A DNA stretch of 64,000 bases. Origin: an uncultured Ignavibacteriales bacterium. Its GTDB lineage: Bacteria > Zixibacteria > MSB-5A5 > GN15 > FEB-12. Both the position numbers and the translations under genes were made by a program. Shown here in pieces: positions 8,085 through 16,991 of the stretch. Under the pieces are notes generated by a model that was given only the letters and a program-made list of their open reading frames with translations, did not search any database and was not told where the DNA came from. The DNA lies in NCBI GenBank assembly GCA_964630485.1, contig CAZVUZ010000002.1, positions 689-64,688 on the forward strand. The letters run 5' to 3'. How positions within the stretch are numbered: position 1 is the stretch's first letter; every line of letters starts with the position of its first letter.

Positions 8085-10687
8085 TCTATATCCTCTTTCA
8101 GCTCCCTCAGCAGGGCCAGGGCCTCAATAGGAGTCATGTTGTCGGGATCGATTTTCTTCAGCTTCTCCTCTACGGCCGACGGGCGCCGATCAAAAAGCGA
8201 CGGCTGCACCCGGTCCTGGTATATACCCTTCCCCAGCTCGCTCTGGTTGAACTTTCCGGACTCCAGCAGTCGGAGGATATGCCGGGCGCGATTAATCGTC
8301 TTACCGGGCAAACCCGCCAGCCGGGCCACTTCGATGCCGTAGGAATCATCGCAACCGCCCTCGATAATCTGGTGTAGGAAAATCACCCGGTCCTCCCACT
8401 TCCTGACCGCAACCTGGTAATTCTGGACATGGTCGTAAATCCGCGCCATCGATGTCAGTTCGTGGTAATGGGTGGCGAAGATTGTCCGCGCCCGACAACG
8501 CTCGTTGATGTATTCGACCACCGCCCATGCCACTGAGAGACCGTCGAAGGTGGAGGTACCACGGCCGACTTCATCGAGGAGTACCAGCGACCGGTCGGTG
8601 GCGTTATGCAGGATATTCGCCGTTTCCACCATCTCGACGAGGAAGGTCGACTGGCCACGGGCAAGGTTGTCGAGGGCGCCGACGCGCGTGAACACCCTGT
8701 CAACCAGCCCGATCTCGGCCTTGTCAGCAGGGACGAAAGATCCTATCTGGGCGAGGATTACGATCAACCCGGCCTGCCTCAGGTAGGTTGATTTACCTGA
8801 CATATTGGGGCCGGTGAGAATGTGTATGAGATTGCGATCGGCATCGACCGTCGTATCGTTGGCCACGAAAGATCCCGCCGGCAGGACGGATTCGATTACC
8901 GGGTGACGGCCGTTGGTGATGTTAAGCCGGGTGTCTTCGAAAATCTCCGGGCGAACGTAACCGCCGTGGACGGCCAGTTCCGCCAGGCCCGACACCAGGT
9001 CGATCTCGGCCAGAAGGTCGGCGGTGAGCATGAGATCCGCAAGGCGCCGTTCGAGCCTGTCCATCAATTCGCGGTACAGTCTCTCTTCAAGTCTGAAGAT
9101 CTTGTCTTCGGCGTTGAAGATGAGTTCTTCTTTTTCTTTTAATTCTGGTGTGATATACCTCTCGGCATTTACCAATGTCTGTTTGCGGATATACTCTTCG
9201 GGAACCGCCGCAGTCTGGGCCCTGGTAACTTCGACATAGTATCCGAAGACCTTGTTAAAGCCGACCTTGAGAGTGGTTATGCCGGTCCGGGCGCGCTCTT
9301 TTTCCTGCAAGGTTCCGATGTAGCGCCGGGCGTCACGAATGGAGTCGTTGAGGCCGTCGAGTTCGTCGGAGAAGCCTCGGCGGATGATGTCTCCCTTGTT
9401 CAGGGTCAGTGGCGGATCATCCGCGAGGGCGCCCTCAATCATTTCGATAATGTCGACGCATTTCGGAAGTGATCGTCCCAGCTCGGCCAGGTGCGGGCTG
9501 TGGGCTTCGCTGAGCAAACCGGCCATCTTTCCGGCCACGACGAGAGCATCTTTGACGGCCAGCATCTGGCGCGGGTTTATTTTGCCGATACCGAGCCGTC
9601 CGGCGAGTCTCTCGAGGTCGCCAAGCCCCTTCATCGAGTCCCTGAGCGAGGCGGCCAGTTCGCGATTCCTGACCAGTTCGGCAACGCCGCCGAGACGCTT
9701 CTCGATAGCCCCCCGGGCTTTGAACGGGCGCAGCAGGCTGTTCTTCAGGCGGCGGGCCCCGGCGGCCGTGCCGGTGCGATTGATCACCGCGAAGAGCGAG
9801 TTTTCCTCCGTACCATTGGCGACGTTTCGCGTTAGCTCGAGATTGCGAACGGTGCTGTAATCGAGCATCATGTATTCGCCCGCGTCGAAGCGAGTCAGGC
9901 GCTTTATATGTGAAAGACGATCACGATGATTTTCCCTGAGATAGCGATACACGGCTCCGGCGGCGGCCACTGCCGAACGAGCGCCGTGAACACCGAAACC
10001 ATCGAGCGTGGAGGTTCCGAAATGTTCGTTGAGTTCACGTTCGGCTGTCTTGTAATCGAAATTCCATTCGCCGAAAGTCGTCACCTGCGCGCCACCGTCA
10101 AGCAAACCCAGCTTCTCGGCCATGGCCTTCGAAGGTTCGCCGTCCGGGAGAATGATCTCCGACGGCTCCAGCACGCGCAGGCGTTCCACGACGCTCGCGG
10201 CCTCGCCCTCGTCGACGATAAAAACGCCGGTCGACAATTCGAGAACGGCCAGGCCCAGGTATCCCTTCTTTGCTTCCACAATTGCGGCCAGGGACGGCAA
10301 CCTGTCACCGGTGTCGATGCCTTCCACGGTGGCCGTACCGGGCGTGAGGATCTCGACGATATCGCGCTTAACGAGCCCCTTCGCGGTTTTGGGATCTTCC
10401 ACCTGTTCCACAATGACGACCTTTTCGCCGGCGGCCAGAAGGCGCGCGAGGTATTTCTCGGCGCTGTGATGCGGCACCCCCGCCAACGGGATACGTTCCG
10501 CCTCACCATGCGAACGCGAGGTCAGGGAAATACCGAGTATCGGCGCCGCCTTGATGGCGTCATCGCCGAACATCTCGTAGAAGTCCCCCATGCGAAAAAA
10601 AAGGATCTTGTCCGGGTGTTGCTGTTTGACGGCATGAAACTGGCGCATCAGCGGCGTCAGGGATGATTTCTTACCGGCGGGTGTCAT
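8081..10687 (-). CDS. mutS: DNA mismatch repair protein MutS
   Basis: 868 aa with the TPLMRQF..KQQHPD..LFFRMGDFYE mismatch-binding N-terminus, Walker A GPNMSGKST, and STFLVEM. Confidence 0.95.
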   Translation of the reverse strand: MTPAGKKSSLTPLMRQFHAVKQQHPDKILFFRMGDFYEMFGDDAIKAAPILGISLTSRSHGEAERIPLAGVPHHSAEKYLARLLAAGEKVVIVEQVEDPKTAKGLVKRDIVEILTPGTATVEGIDTGDRLPSLAAIVEAKKGYLGLAVLELSTGVFIVDEGEAASVVERLRVLEPSEIILPDGEPSKAMAEKLGLLDGGAQVTTFGEWNFDYKTAERELNEHFGTSTLDGFGVHGARSAVAAAGAVYRYLRENHRDRLSHIKRLTRFDAGEYMMLDYSTVRNLELTRNVANGTEENSLFAVINRTGTAAGARRLKNSLLRPFKARGAIEKRLGGVAELVRNRELAASLRDSMKGLGDLERLAGRLGIGKINPRQMLAVKDALVVAGKMAGLLSEAHSPHLAELGRSLPKCVDIIEMIEGALADDPPLTLNKGDIIRRGFSDELDGLNDSIRDARRYIGTLQEKERARTGITTLKVGFNKVFGYYVEVTRAQTAAVPEEYIRKQTLVNAERYITPELKEKEELIFNAEDKIFRLEERLYRELMDRLERRLADLMLTADLLAEIDLVSGLAELAVHGGYVRPEIFEDTRLNITNGRHPVIESVLPAGSFVANDTTVDADRNLIHILTGPNMSGKSTYLRQAGLIVILAQIGSFVPADKAEIGLVDRVFTRVGALDNLARGQSTFLVEMVETANILHNATDRSLVLLDEVGRGTSTFDGLSVAWAVVEYINERCRARTIFATHYHELTSMARIYDHVQNYQVAVRKWEDRVIFLHQIIEGGCDDSYGIEVARLAGLPGKTINRARHILRLLESGKFNQSELGKGIYQDRVQPSLFDRRPSAVEEKLKKIDPDNMTPIEALALLRELKEDID

Positions 10688-11679
10688 CGGGCTACAACTT
10701 GAAAAGTCTCCCCGAATTCGGCCTCGAGCCGGGTCTTGAACTTCGACGCCGAAGCATAGTCAGAGAAGCGGCCCACATACACCACGTGGTAGGAGACGTT
10801 GGAGATCTTCTTGCGGGCAATGTCCGTCGGCTGATCGAACTTGCTGAATTCCGCGACCTGCTTGTCGGCATTGGCCTTGACGGAAAAGACCCCCACCTGC
10901 ACCGAGTAATAGGTCCCGGTAAGTTTCTCGGCAGTATTGTCGGCGACATCCGATGTGGTCAGGTCCGCCATCAGGTCGATGAGGGCGTCAAGTCCGACAG
11001 CTCCGGGATAACTCTCGCGGAGCATATTGTAGTAAAAAACGGCATCGTCGGTCCGTTTCTGCATCACAGCATCGCGGCCGAGCAGATACAGGGCCTGGGA
11101 CACGCCCGGTCCCGAGGATCCACGCGAAAGTCGCCGTAGCAGCTTCTCGGCCCCGATCTTCTTCTTGTTCTCGAGCATGATGCGCGCTTTGTCGATGGTC
11201 ACCCACTGGCCGGTCTCGTCGTCGCCGAACTGCAGCAGGTAGCGGTCGGCCTGCCGGGTCGCGGATTCGTAAGCGCCGGCGTGTTCGTCGACGATAATCG
11301 AAAAACGCAGCATCTCCCTGCGATGGCGGCCGCTTTCCCACGCTGACAGGTAGTCGGCCACAAGGGATCCCAGACGCTCATAGTTGCCAACCATGAAGTA
11401 ATACTGGGCCAGACGATAATGAATGGTTTCACGGTGCATGACCGCCACCGAGGCATTGAGGGCCGCCTCCATCAACCTTACCGATTTCTCGCCGTCGGTT
11501 TCCAGCAGGCTGGCGTAAAACAGAAGGTTGCCGTCACGTAACCCGGCCGTAGTTACACTCGAAAGTGAGTCGGCGGCCTGATCCAGATCACCGTTACTTA
11601 TGAGCTCGAAAATACCGACCGCACTCGTCGGGGGGGCCGTGAGTGCCAGCGCCATGCATAGGAGAACAATAAGTCTCAT
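10684..11679 (-). CDS. SPOR-domain protein with a helical/TPR-like N-terminal region
   Basis: Signal peptide, then a C-terminal SPOR-like segment (YYSVQVGVFSVKANADK...YHVVYVGRFSDYASASKFKTRL). Confidence 0.7.
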   Translation of the reverse strand: MRLIVLLCMALALTAPPTSAVGIFELISNGDLDQAADSLSSVTTAGLRDGNLLFYASLLETDGEKSVRLMEAALNASVAVMHRETIHYRLAQYYFMVGNYERLGSLVADYLSAWESGRHRREMLRFSIIVDEHAGAYESATRQADRYLLQFGDDETGQWVTIDKARIMLENKKKIGAEKLLRRLSRGSSGPGVSQALYLLGRDAVMQKRTDDAVFYYNMLRESYPGAVGLDALIDLMADLTTSDVADNTAEKLTGTYYSVQVGVFSVKANADKQVAEFSKFDQPTDIARKKISNVSYHVVYVGRFSDYASASKFKTRLEAEFGETFQVVAR

Positions 11680-11704
11680 AGGTTCGGAAACGACCGGCGA
11701 CGGG

Positions 11705-12802
11705 TCACCTTTCGCCGATCAGGGTAGTATCGACCACGCCATCGTGGCGCGTACCCTGGCGTTTTTCCCTCTTTCGTGCGAGATTGCCGTAGAGTTCTTC
11801 AATTTTCTTGTAATCCGTCTTCTCGATATAAATACGCACCAGTTCCTGAATGGGTCGGGGCTTGTCCGGCTCATCCTCGATAACCTGCAGAAGCAGTTCT
11901 TCCGCCAGATCGAGATCGCCCTTCTTTTCGTGGAACTCGGCCAGAGTAAGACGCGCCACCAGGTCGCGAGGCGAGTGCTTGAGAATATTCTCGCAGATAT
12001 CGGCGATATCGCCGAACCGTCCCAGGTCAAAAAGTGTTTTCTTGAGCCGATCAATAACCCGATATCCCTCGGTCGGGACCGCTTCAATCAGCTTGTTCCA
12101 GAAATTGACGGCGTCCTCGTAGCGCTTTTCTTCATTGTAGGAATCCCCGATAGCGATATACGCCGGGGCGAATTCCGGGTTGAGTCCCAGGGCCTCTTTG
12201 AAAAGGATGCGGGCTTTGTGGTACTCGCGTTTGTCAAGCAGGTCCATGCCCTGCTGGTACTTGAAGCGAGCCAGCGGACGCTTGGATTTGCTCGATTCCA
12301 GTTTCAGCATCTGGGCCGCCGTGTCGTAGGCTTCGTCCCAGTTTTGAGCCTTCTCCTGCAGGTTCAGAAGCTCCTGGTAGGCCCAACGGCTGTTGGGATC
12401 GACTGAGATCAGTTCTTTCAGGGCCGCCTGGGCGGTGTCGAGCTCCCCCATGTCGGCGTAGTCGGCGACTAATTGCCGTAGAATCGCGGCCTTTTGCTGC
12501 CGTTCGAGGCCCCCGCGCAAAGTAAGGTCCTTGTGCACCTGGAGTGCGCGATCGGGCTTGCCGTGCTCGCGCAGTATCTTCCCAAGACGCAAGTATGCAT
12601 CGAGATTCGACGAATCCTCCGCAACCACCTGCCGCAACTTGGTAAAGGCGCTTTCCGGCTTGCCGTCGAGCAAATCGCGCAACGCCTCCACATAAATTGC
12701 CGCGTGAGGCTTCGGTGGGGGCTGAATATAGCGTGAATAGACGACGTAGAAGACGATCGCCGCAATCAGCAACACGAGGAACATCAATACGTATTCAGTC
12801 AT
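11705..12802 (-). CDS. LapB/YciM-like membrane-anchored TPR protein (no rubredoxin domain)
   Basis: N-terminal TM (YVLMFLVLLIAAIVFYVVY) followed by TPR repeats. It is paired with a LapA-like gene immediately upstream. Confidence 0.6.
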   Translation of the reverse strand: MTEYVLMFLVLLIAAIVFYVVYSRYIQPPPKPHAAIYVEALRDLLDGKPESAFTKLRQVVAEDSSNLDAYLRLGKILREHGKPDRALQVHKDLTLRGGLERQQKAAILRQLVADYADMGELDTAQAALKELISVDPNSRWAYQELLNLQEKAQNWDEAYDTAAQMLKLESSKSKRPLARFKYQQGMDLLDKREYHKARILFKEALGLNPEFAPAYIAIGDSYNEEKRYEDAVNFWNKLIEAVPTEGYRVIDRLKKTLFDLGRFGDIADICENILKHSPRDLVARLTLAEFHEKKGDLDLAEELLLQVIEDEPDKPRPIQELVRIYIEKTDYKKIEELYGNLARKREKRQGTRHDGVVDTTLIGER

Positions 12803-12804
12803 GG

Positions 12805-13167
12805 CTATTCCCTCTCCGGGAACATGGGTCTTACCCTGGCGGCCTCAGGGCCGTCCTTGATCAAATCGGCCGACTCTTCAATGGGCCGGTTGCGCAGCAC
12901 CGTAACCTCGCTCTCGAGCGCCCGGATGCGTTTGCGGCCGGTGCGAAGTTGCACCGACTGCTTTATATAACCCGTGACAAAAACCACAAAAGAAACCACG
13001 ACCCCGGTCAGAAAGGACCAGAAGACCACCGTGATCAGCGGCACATCGGACCGCTGCATCCAAATCAGGTTTACAAATACTTTCTGGTGGGCCTCGGAAT
13101 TATAGAAGGCAAAAGCCACGATACACACCACGAAAGCGATAATCAGTATCGCACGCACAGCCCACAT
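12805..13167 (-). CDS. LapA/YciS-like small inner-membrane protein (DUF1049-type)
   Basis: 120 aa with two TM segments plus a C-terminal coiled-coil (RIRALESEVTVLRNR). It lies 2 nt from the LapB-like gene. Confidence 0.55.
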   Translation of the reverse strand: MWAVRAILIIAFVVCIVAFAFYNSEAHQKVFVNLIWMQRSDVPLITVVFWSFLTGVVVSFVVFVTGYIKQSVQLRTGRKRIRALESEVTVLRNRPIEESADLIKDGPEAARVRPMFPERE

Positions 13168-13240
13168 AGAACCTCCATGCTTACTACTCCGTTAACGGCG
13201 AACCGATATTATACTCGCAGCGAAAGAAACCGTCAACATT

Positions 13241-13269
13241 AAAAAAAAGGCCGGAGTAACCGGCCTTTT
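13241..13269 (-). terminator. Rho-independent terminator
   Basis: GGCCGG, loop AGTAA, CCGGCC hairpin (13249-13265), followed by U8 on the minus strand. It starts 10 nt after the stop of the 13279..13989 gene. Confidence 0.8.
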
Positions 13270-13278
13270 GCCATCACG

Positions 13279-13989
13279 TTATTTCTTGTCCTTGTCCTTG
13301 TCCTTGTTCTTCTCGGCTTTAGAATCCCCCCATGACAGACTCTGGACCATGGCCATCACCTGAGCATCGACCTGCGGGTAATATTGCCATTCACACATCA
13401 TGTGAAACATAATCAGGAGATCGCCCTTCTTGACGGCCACGATGGTACCACCATAGGCTCCCCGGACACGCTTACCCGCCGAAGACGAGGCCGACAGGGC
13501 AACTTCCTTCATATAACGCGAGTAACCCACCCAGCGGACACCCTTCTCGCCGGCTATTTCCAGGGTCTTGCGGCCCTTGGGGATAAGCGACTCACGATCC
13601 GGGCTGTTGTGCAGAATCTCGAACTCTTTAAGCATATCACTCTTTTGATCGGAATTGAAACTGTCGCTGAAGAGGGAATCCAAAGCGGCAAATGCCCCCG
13701 CGCTCGAAGTATCCGCCCAGACAACGAGGCGCGGAACCTGAGTATAGTCTTCATTATCAAGATAATCCGGGGGAATCTCGTAATTCTTTTGAACCATTAT
13801 GAGGCGGAAACTATTATTGTTGTCCATTACCTTGGGTTTCCACCCTTCGTCGATGGTCAGCTGAAAGTCGTATTTCTTGTCAGTGAACACCTGGCTCTTA
13901 ATGCTACCGGATTTATCCTTTTTCCTTTTAGCCGCGATATTCGGCGCACAAAGGGCCAGCATCAAAAACAATAGTAAAAGCCTTCTCAT
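13279..13989 (-). CDS. Secreted hypothetical protein with a KDKDKDKK tail
   Basis: Signal peptide MRRLLLLFLMLALCAPNIAA. GAAGGAG lies upstream of the ATG. I recognise no family. Confidence 0.55.
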   Translation of the reverse strand: MRRLLLLFLMLALCAPNIAAKRKKDKSGSIKSQVFTDKKYDFQLTIDEGWKPKVMDNNNSFRLIMVQKNYEIPPDYLDNEDYTQVPRLVVWADTSSAGAFAALDSLFSDSFNSDQKSDMLKEFEILHNSPDRESLIPKGRKTLEIAGEKGVRWVGYSRYMKEVALSASSSAGKRVRGAYGGTIVAVKKGDLLIMFHMMCEWQYYPQVDAQVMAMVQSLSWGDSKAEKNKDKDKDKK

Positions 13990-14167
13990 AAACCCACTCC
14001 TTCAATATACTAAAACCGTCCTTCGTCATAACTTTTGACTTTATACGACTATAGTCAAGGAATAAAACGAAAAATCTCCCTTAAACAACAATGACTTAGG
14101 TGCCGGGCCGAACTATCCGGATGGCCGTTGGCCGGTTGCGGAGGAAATCCGGGGATCAGGATGCAAA

Positions 14168-15034
14168 TCAGCGGAATCCGATCGGACGCTGACGCGCCTG
14201 CTGTATATAGTGAGACATGTTTGTGAATTGAAAGTCCGTGAGGAGCCTTTCCAGCTTGTAGCCGAGAAGTTCCGTTGAGCCATACGACCGCAGTTTCTGA
14301 ACGGCGGAAAGCCCCTCGACCCGAGGCGGATCGGGATCTATTTCCCAAGGGTGAATATAAACGACAGCCGGCTGGCCTTCGCTGTTGAGCCGACGGATAA
14401 TGCGCCGGGTGTACCAGTACGGGCAATGGCGCAGGTAACCGCCGCCAGCCACCGGAATGTTTCGGCCAAGCATGCGGTACGTCGAAGCCGGTATTTCGTA
14501 GAGGGTCAGATCATTCTCGAATTTCATGCGGAAGAGATGGCGAGGCCCCTTAGGCATACCGTAAATATCGTGTTTTATAGGGAAAATGGAACTGTCATAA
14601 TCGAAACCGAGCTGGGCCAGTATTTCAAACGCCCAGGGAATACGGTCGTTTATGGACCAACTCGGTGCCCGGTAGCCGCGCGGCCGGACGCCGCAGGCCA
14701 TCATGATGGCATCGACCGAACGCATGGTGTCTTCCCGAAACTCATCCGGGTCCATCAAATCGACCCGGCGATGATAGTAGCTGTGGCAGGCTATCTCGTG
14801 ACCCTGGTTGTAGATTTCGGCAACGAGATCCTGGTGCCGCTCGGCGCACCAGCCGAGGACGAAGAAAGTCGCGGTGACCCGTTTGCGGCGAAACAGATCA
14901 AGCAGGCGCCTCGTGTTTTTCTCCAGGGTCGAGGGCAGATTTTCCCATTCCTGCTTCCCGTGTTTCCCCGTGAGGGCCTCGACCACGAACCATTCTTCGA
15001 GGTCAACTGTCAGGACATTGAAAGTGTCGGACAT
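14168..15034 (-). CDS. Polysaccharide deacetylase, XrtA/PEP-CTERM-locus type (DUF3473-containing)
   Basis: The N-terminus NVLTVDLEEWF, a NodB-like core (TFFVLGW..., CHSYYH), and the C-terminal DUF3473-like GGGYLR..P pattern. Confidence 0.8.
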   Translation of the reverse strand: MSDTFNVLTVDLEEWFVVEALTGKHGKQEWENLPSTLEKNTRRLLDLFRRKRVTATFFVLGWCAERHQDLVAEIYNQGHEIACHSYYHRRVDLMDPDEFREDTMRSVDAIMMACGVRPRGYRAPSWSINDRIPWAFEILAQLGFDYDSSIFPIKHDIYGMPKGPRHLFRMKFENDLTLYEIPASTYRMLGRNIPVAGGGYLRHCPYWYTRRIIRRLNSEGQPAVVYIHPWEIDPDPPRVEGLSAVQKLRSYGSTELLGYKLERLLTDFQFTNMSHYIQQARQRPIGFR

Positions 15035-15049
15035 ATTATGCGCTCATCA

Positions 15050-15859
15050 TCAGTTTCGGGAAGTCTGCGCCCCTTTGAGGGGATCAGGATCTCCTTTTCC
15101 GGTCTTACCGGTCGCCCGACCGCGTTTGCCGCGGGAGCGCGCCGCAGCCTTGTTCTTAATTGTACGATGGCCGTACTCGTAACCGTAGTATCGATAGTCG
15201 TAATAATGCGGCAGAGCATTGTCCATGTTGTTGAGGACAACACCGAGTATGCGGTTATGGTTGGGATCGAGGATATTGACGGCGCGTTCGGTGACTTCTC
15301 TCTGGGTTGCACCCGCTTTGATGACCATAACGATCCCATCCACTTTCGGGGCCAGCAGCATGGGATCCGACACCGGCAGAGCCGGGGCGGCGTCGAGCAG
15401 GATCAGGTCGTAGTAAAATTTCATTTCTTCCGCAAGGGTACCTATGGCCTCGGCGTCAAAAAGCGCCGTGGGGGTGTCGTTGTAGCGGCCGCAGGTAATC
15501 AGATCGAGTTTATCGATAGAGGTCTTCCGAACGGCATCGCGGGGGCTGAAGGCTTCACCAAGGATCTCGGCCAGACCGCGATCGCGTTCGATCGCAAAAG
15601 CCTTATGAATCGAGGGCCGCCTCAGATCACAATCGATCACGAGGGTCTTCATGCCCTTGTGCAGGGCCGCCGTGATGCCCAGAAACGAACACACCGTAGA
15701 TTTGCCTTCCGAAAGCATCGCCGAACTGATCATCAAGCTCTTGAGCGGCGGCTCCTCGCGAGCCGTCAGTAACTTGTGCAGGAGGCGGCGAAATTCGGTG
15801 GCAAAGGGAGACTCCAGCTGAAAGGTTTCTATAACCGAGAGACGTTTGCGCTTCATCAA
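15050..15859 (-). CDS. Bacterial tyrosine autokinase (CpsD/CapB-type cytoplasmic BY-kinase)
   Basis: Walker A SEGKST, Walker A' VIDCDLRRP, Walker B ILLDAAP, and a C-terminal tyrosine cluster HYYDYRYYGYEYG. Confidence 0.85.
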   Translation of the reverse strand: MMKRKRLSVIETFQLESPFATEFRRLLHKLLTAREEPPLKSLMISSAMLSEGKSTVCSFLGITAALHKGMKTLVIDCDLRRPSIHKAFAIERDRGLAEILGEAFSPRDAVRKTSIDKLDLITCGRYNDTPTALFDAEAIGTLAEEMKFYYDLILLDAAPALPVSDPMLLAPKVDGIVMVIKAGATQREVTERAVNILDPNHNRILGVVLNNMDNALPHYYDYRYYGYEYGHRTIKNKAAARSRGKRGRATGKTGKGDPDPLKGAQTSRN

Positions 15860-15860
15860 A

Positions 15861-16991
15861 TCATCCTTTTTCGGCGATGCGGCTGAGCACCCGACAGATA
15901 TTATCGTACTCGTCCCGGACCGCGTCCAGGTGGCCGCTAACCTTCGAGAGAGAGTTGTTCATCTGCAGTACCTGCCGGAACTGTTCGAGCCCCTTTTGCC
16001 AGGACAGCTTCGCCATTTCCAGATGACAATGGCCCAGCTCGGCGTACAGATCGACATAGGTAGGGTTCTTCTCGATCTCGCGGCAGAGATAGGAAATACG
16101 GTCACCCACCGCCTCTTCCGTAACCCACTCGGGAAACATCACGAATTTCATGTAAAAAGCGGCGGCTTCCTGGCGGTGGTGCTCTCTCTTTTCGTCGCGC
16201 ACGGACTTCAGGAGATTGAAGGCGCCTCGCAGGTCGGAGTTGCGCAGGGCCTTCAGGCCCTGTTCCAGAGTATCAGTCTTGTATTCGGGCGATATCAGCA
16301 CGGCTCGATTAAAATGATCCGTACACTTGCTCAACACCTGCTGAAACAGTCCGGTATCCTCGGCCTTGATGGCATTCAATATAAGGGCAAGGCCCAGATT
16401 GAAATAGGCATCCCCATAGTAGAGGTTCACCTTGATGGCTTCCTCGAACTCGATGACCGCCCGCCGGCAGGACTCCGCCGAAAGGAGCGCCTCACCGAGA
16501 GTGTTGCGATAGTCGGCGTATGACGGGCGCTGTCCCACAGCGGTCGAAGCCGCCTTCACCGCCTCGGCCCCGCGCCCAAGGACCATATAGGTCATGGCCA
16601 GGTGATTGTAGGCCTGGTGAAACTGCGAATCGAGCTGCGTTGCGGATTCGAACAGATCCAGCGCCTCGCCGTGGAGCCCCTTGTAATAGAAGGCCGTGCC
16701 CAGGTGATACATACGGCGGGCATCGCCCTTAGCCATAACCAGACGATAGGAATCGCGGAGCGCCTCAATCTCCCCCTTCATCTCATCGTGGCGCAGCTTA
16801 ACCAGGGAGAGTATTTCCTCGGAATCTATTTCGGCGGGATGCGGGCAGGTAACGACGTCCATGGCTTCACCGTTGACCTGAAGGACCGTCAGCACGGCCG
16901 ATCGTTCAGCATCATTGGAGGTCTGGATCGTATATTCTTTCTTGTTCTCGACCAGCTTACTCTTGAGACGATAGTTCTCCATGTCACTCAC
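15861..16991 (-). CDS. Cytoplasmic TPR-repeat protein
   Basis: 376 aa with no signal peptide and multiple TPR-like repeats. Its start overlaps the stop of the upstream chain-length gene by 4 nt. Confidence 0.65.
   Translation of the reverse strand: MSDMENYRLKSKLVENKKEYTIQTSNDAERSAVLTVLQVNGEAMDVVTCPHPAEIDSEEILSLVKLRHDEMKGEIEALRDSYRLVMAKGDARRMYHLGTAFYYKGLHGEALDLFESATQLDSQFHQAYNHLAMTYMVLGRGAEAVKAASTAVGQRPSYADYRNTLGEALLSAESCRRAVIEFEEAIKVNLYYGDAYFNLGLALILNAIKAEDTGLFQQVLSKCTDHFNRAVLISPEYKTDTLEQGLKALRNSDLRGAFNLLKSVRDEKREHHRQEAAAFYMKFVMFPEWVTEEAVGDRISYLCREIEKNPTYVDLYAELGHCHLEMAKLSWQKGLEQFRQVLQMNNSLSKVSGHLDAVRDEYDNICRVLSRIAEKG

Noticed and set aside
10595-10602. A8/T8 homopolymer in the 5' part of mutS as a mutator phase-variation switch
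   Set aside because: The tract is in frame (it encodes LFF) within an intact, full-length mutS. An 8-mer alone is weak evidence, and the gene shows no sign of disruption.
14047-14056. 10-bp perfect palindrome GACTATAGTC inside TTGACT..AGTCAA upstream of the 236-aa secreted protein, as an operator
   Set aside because: It is short, sits in an AT-rich intergenic region and has no regulator gene adjacent. I cannot distinguish it from chance without comparative data.
14351-15772. 473-aa plus-strand ORF
   Set aside because: It is antisense to the clearly recognisable polysaccharide deacetylase and BY-kinase genes. This is a typical long shadow ORF of a GC-rich genome, and it has no motifs.
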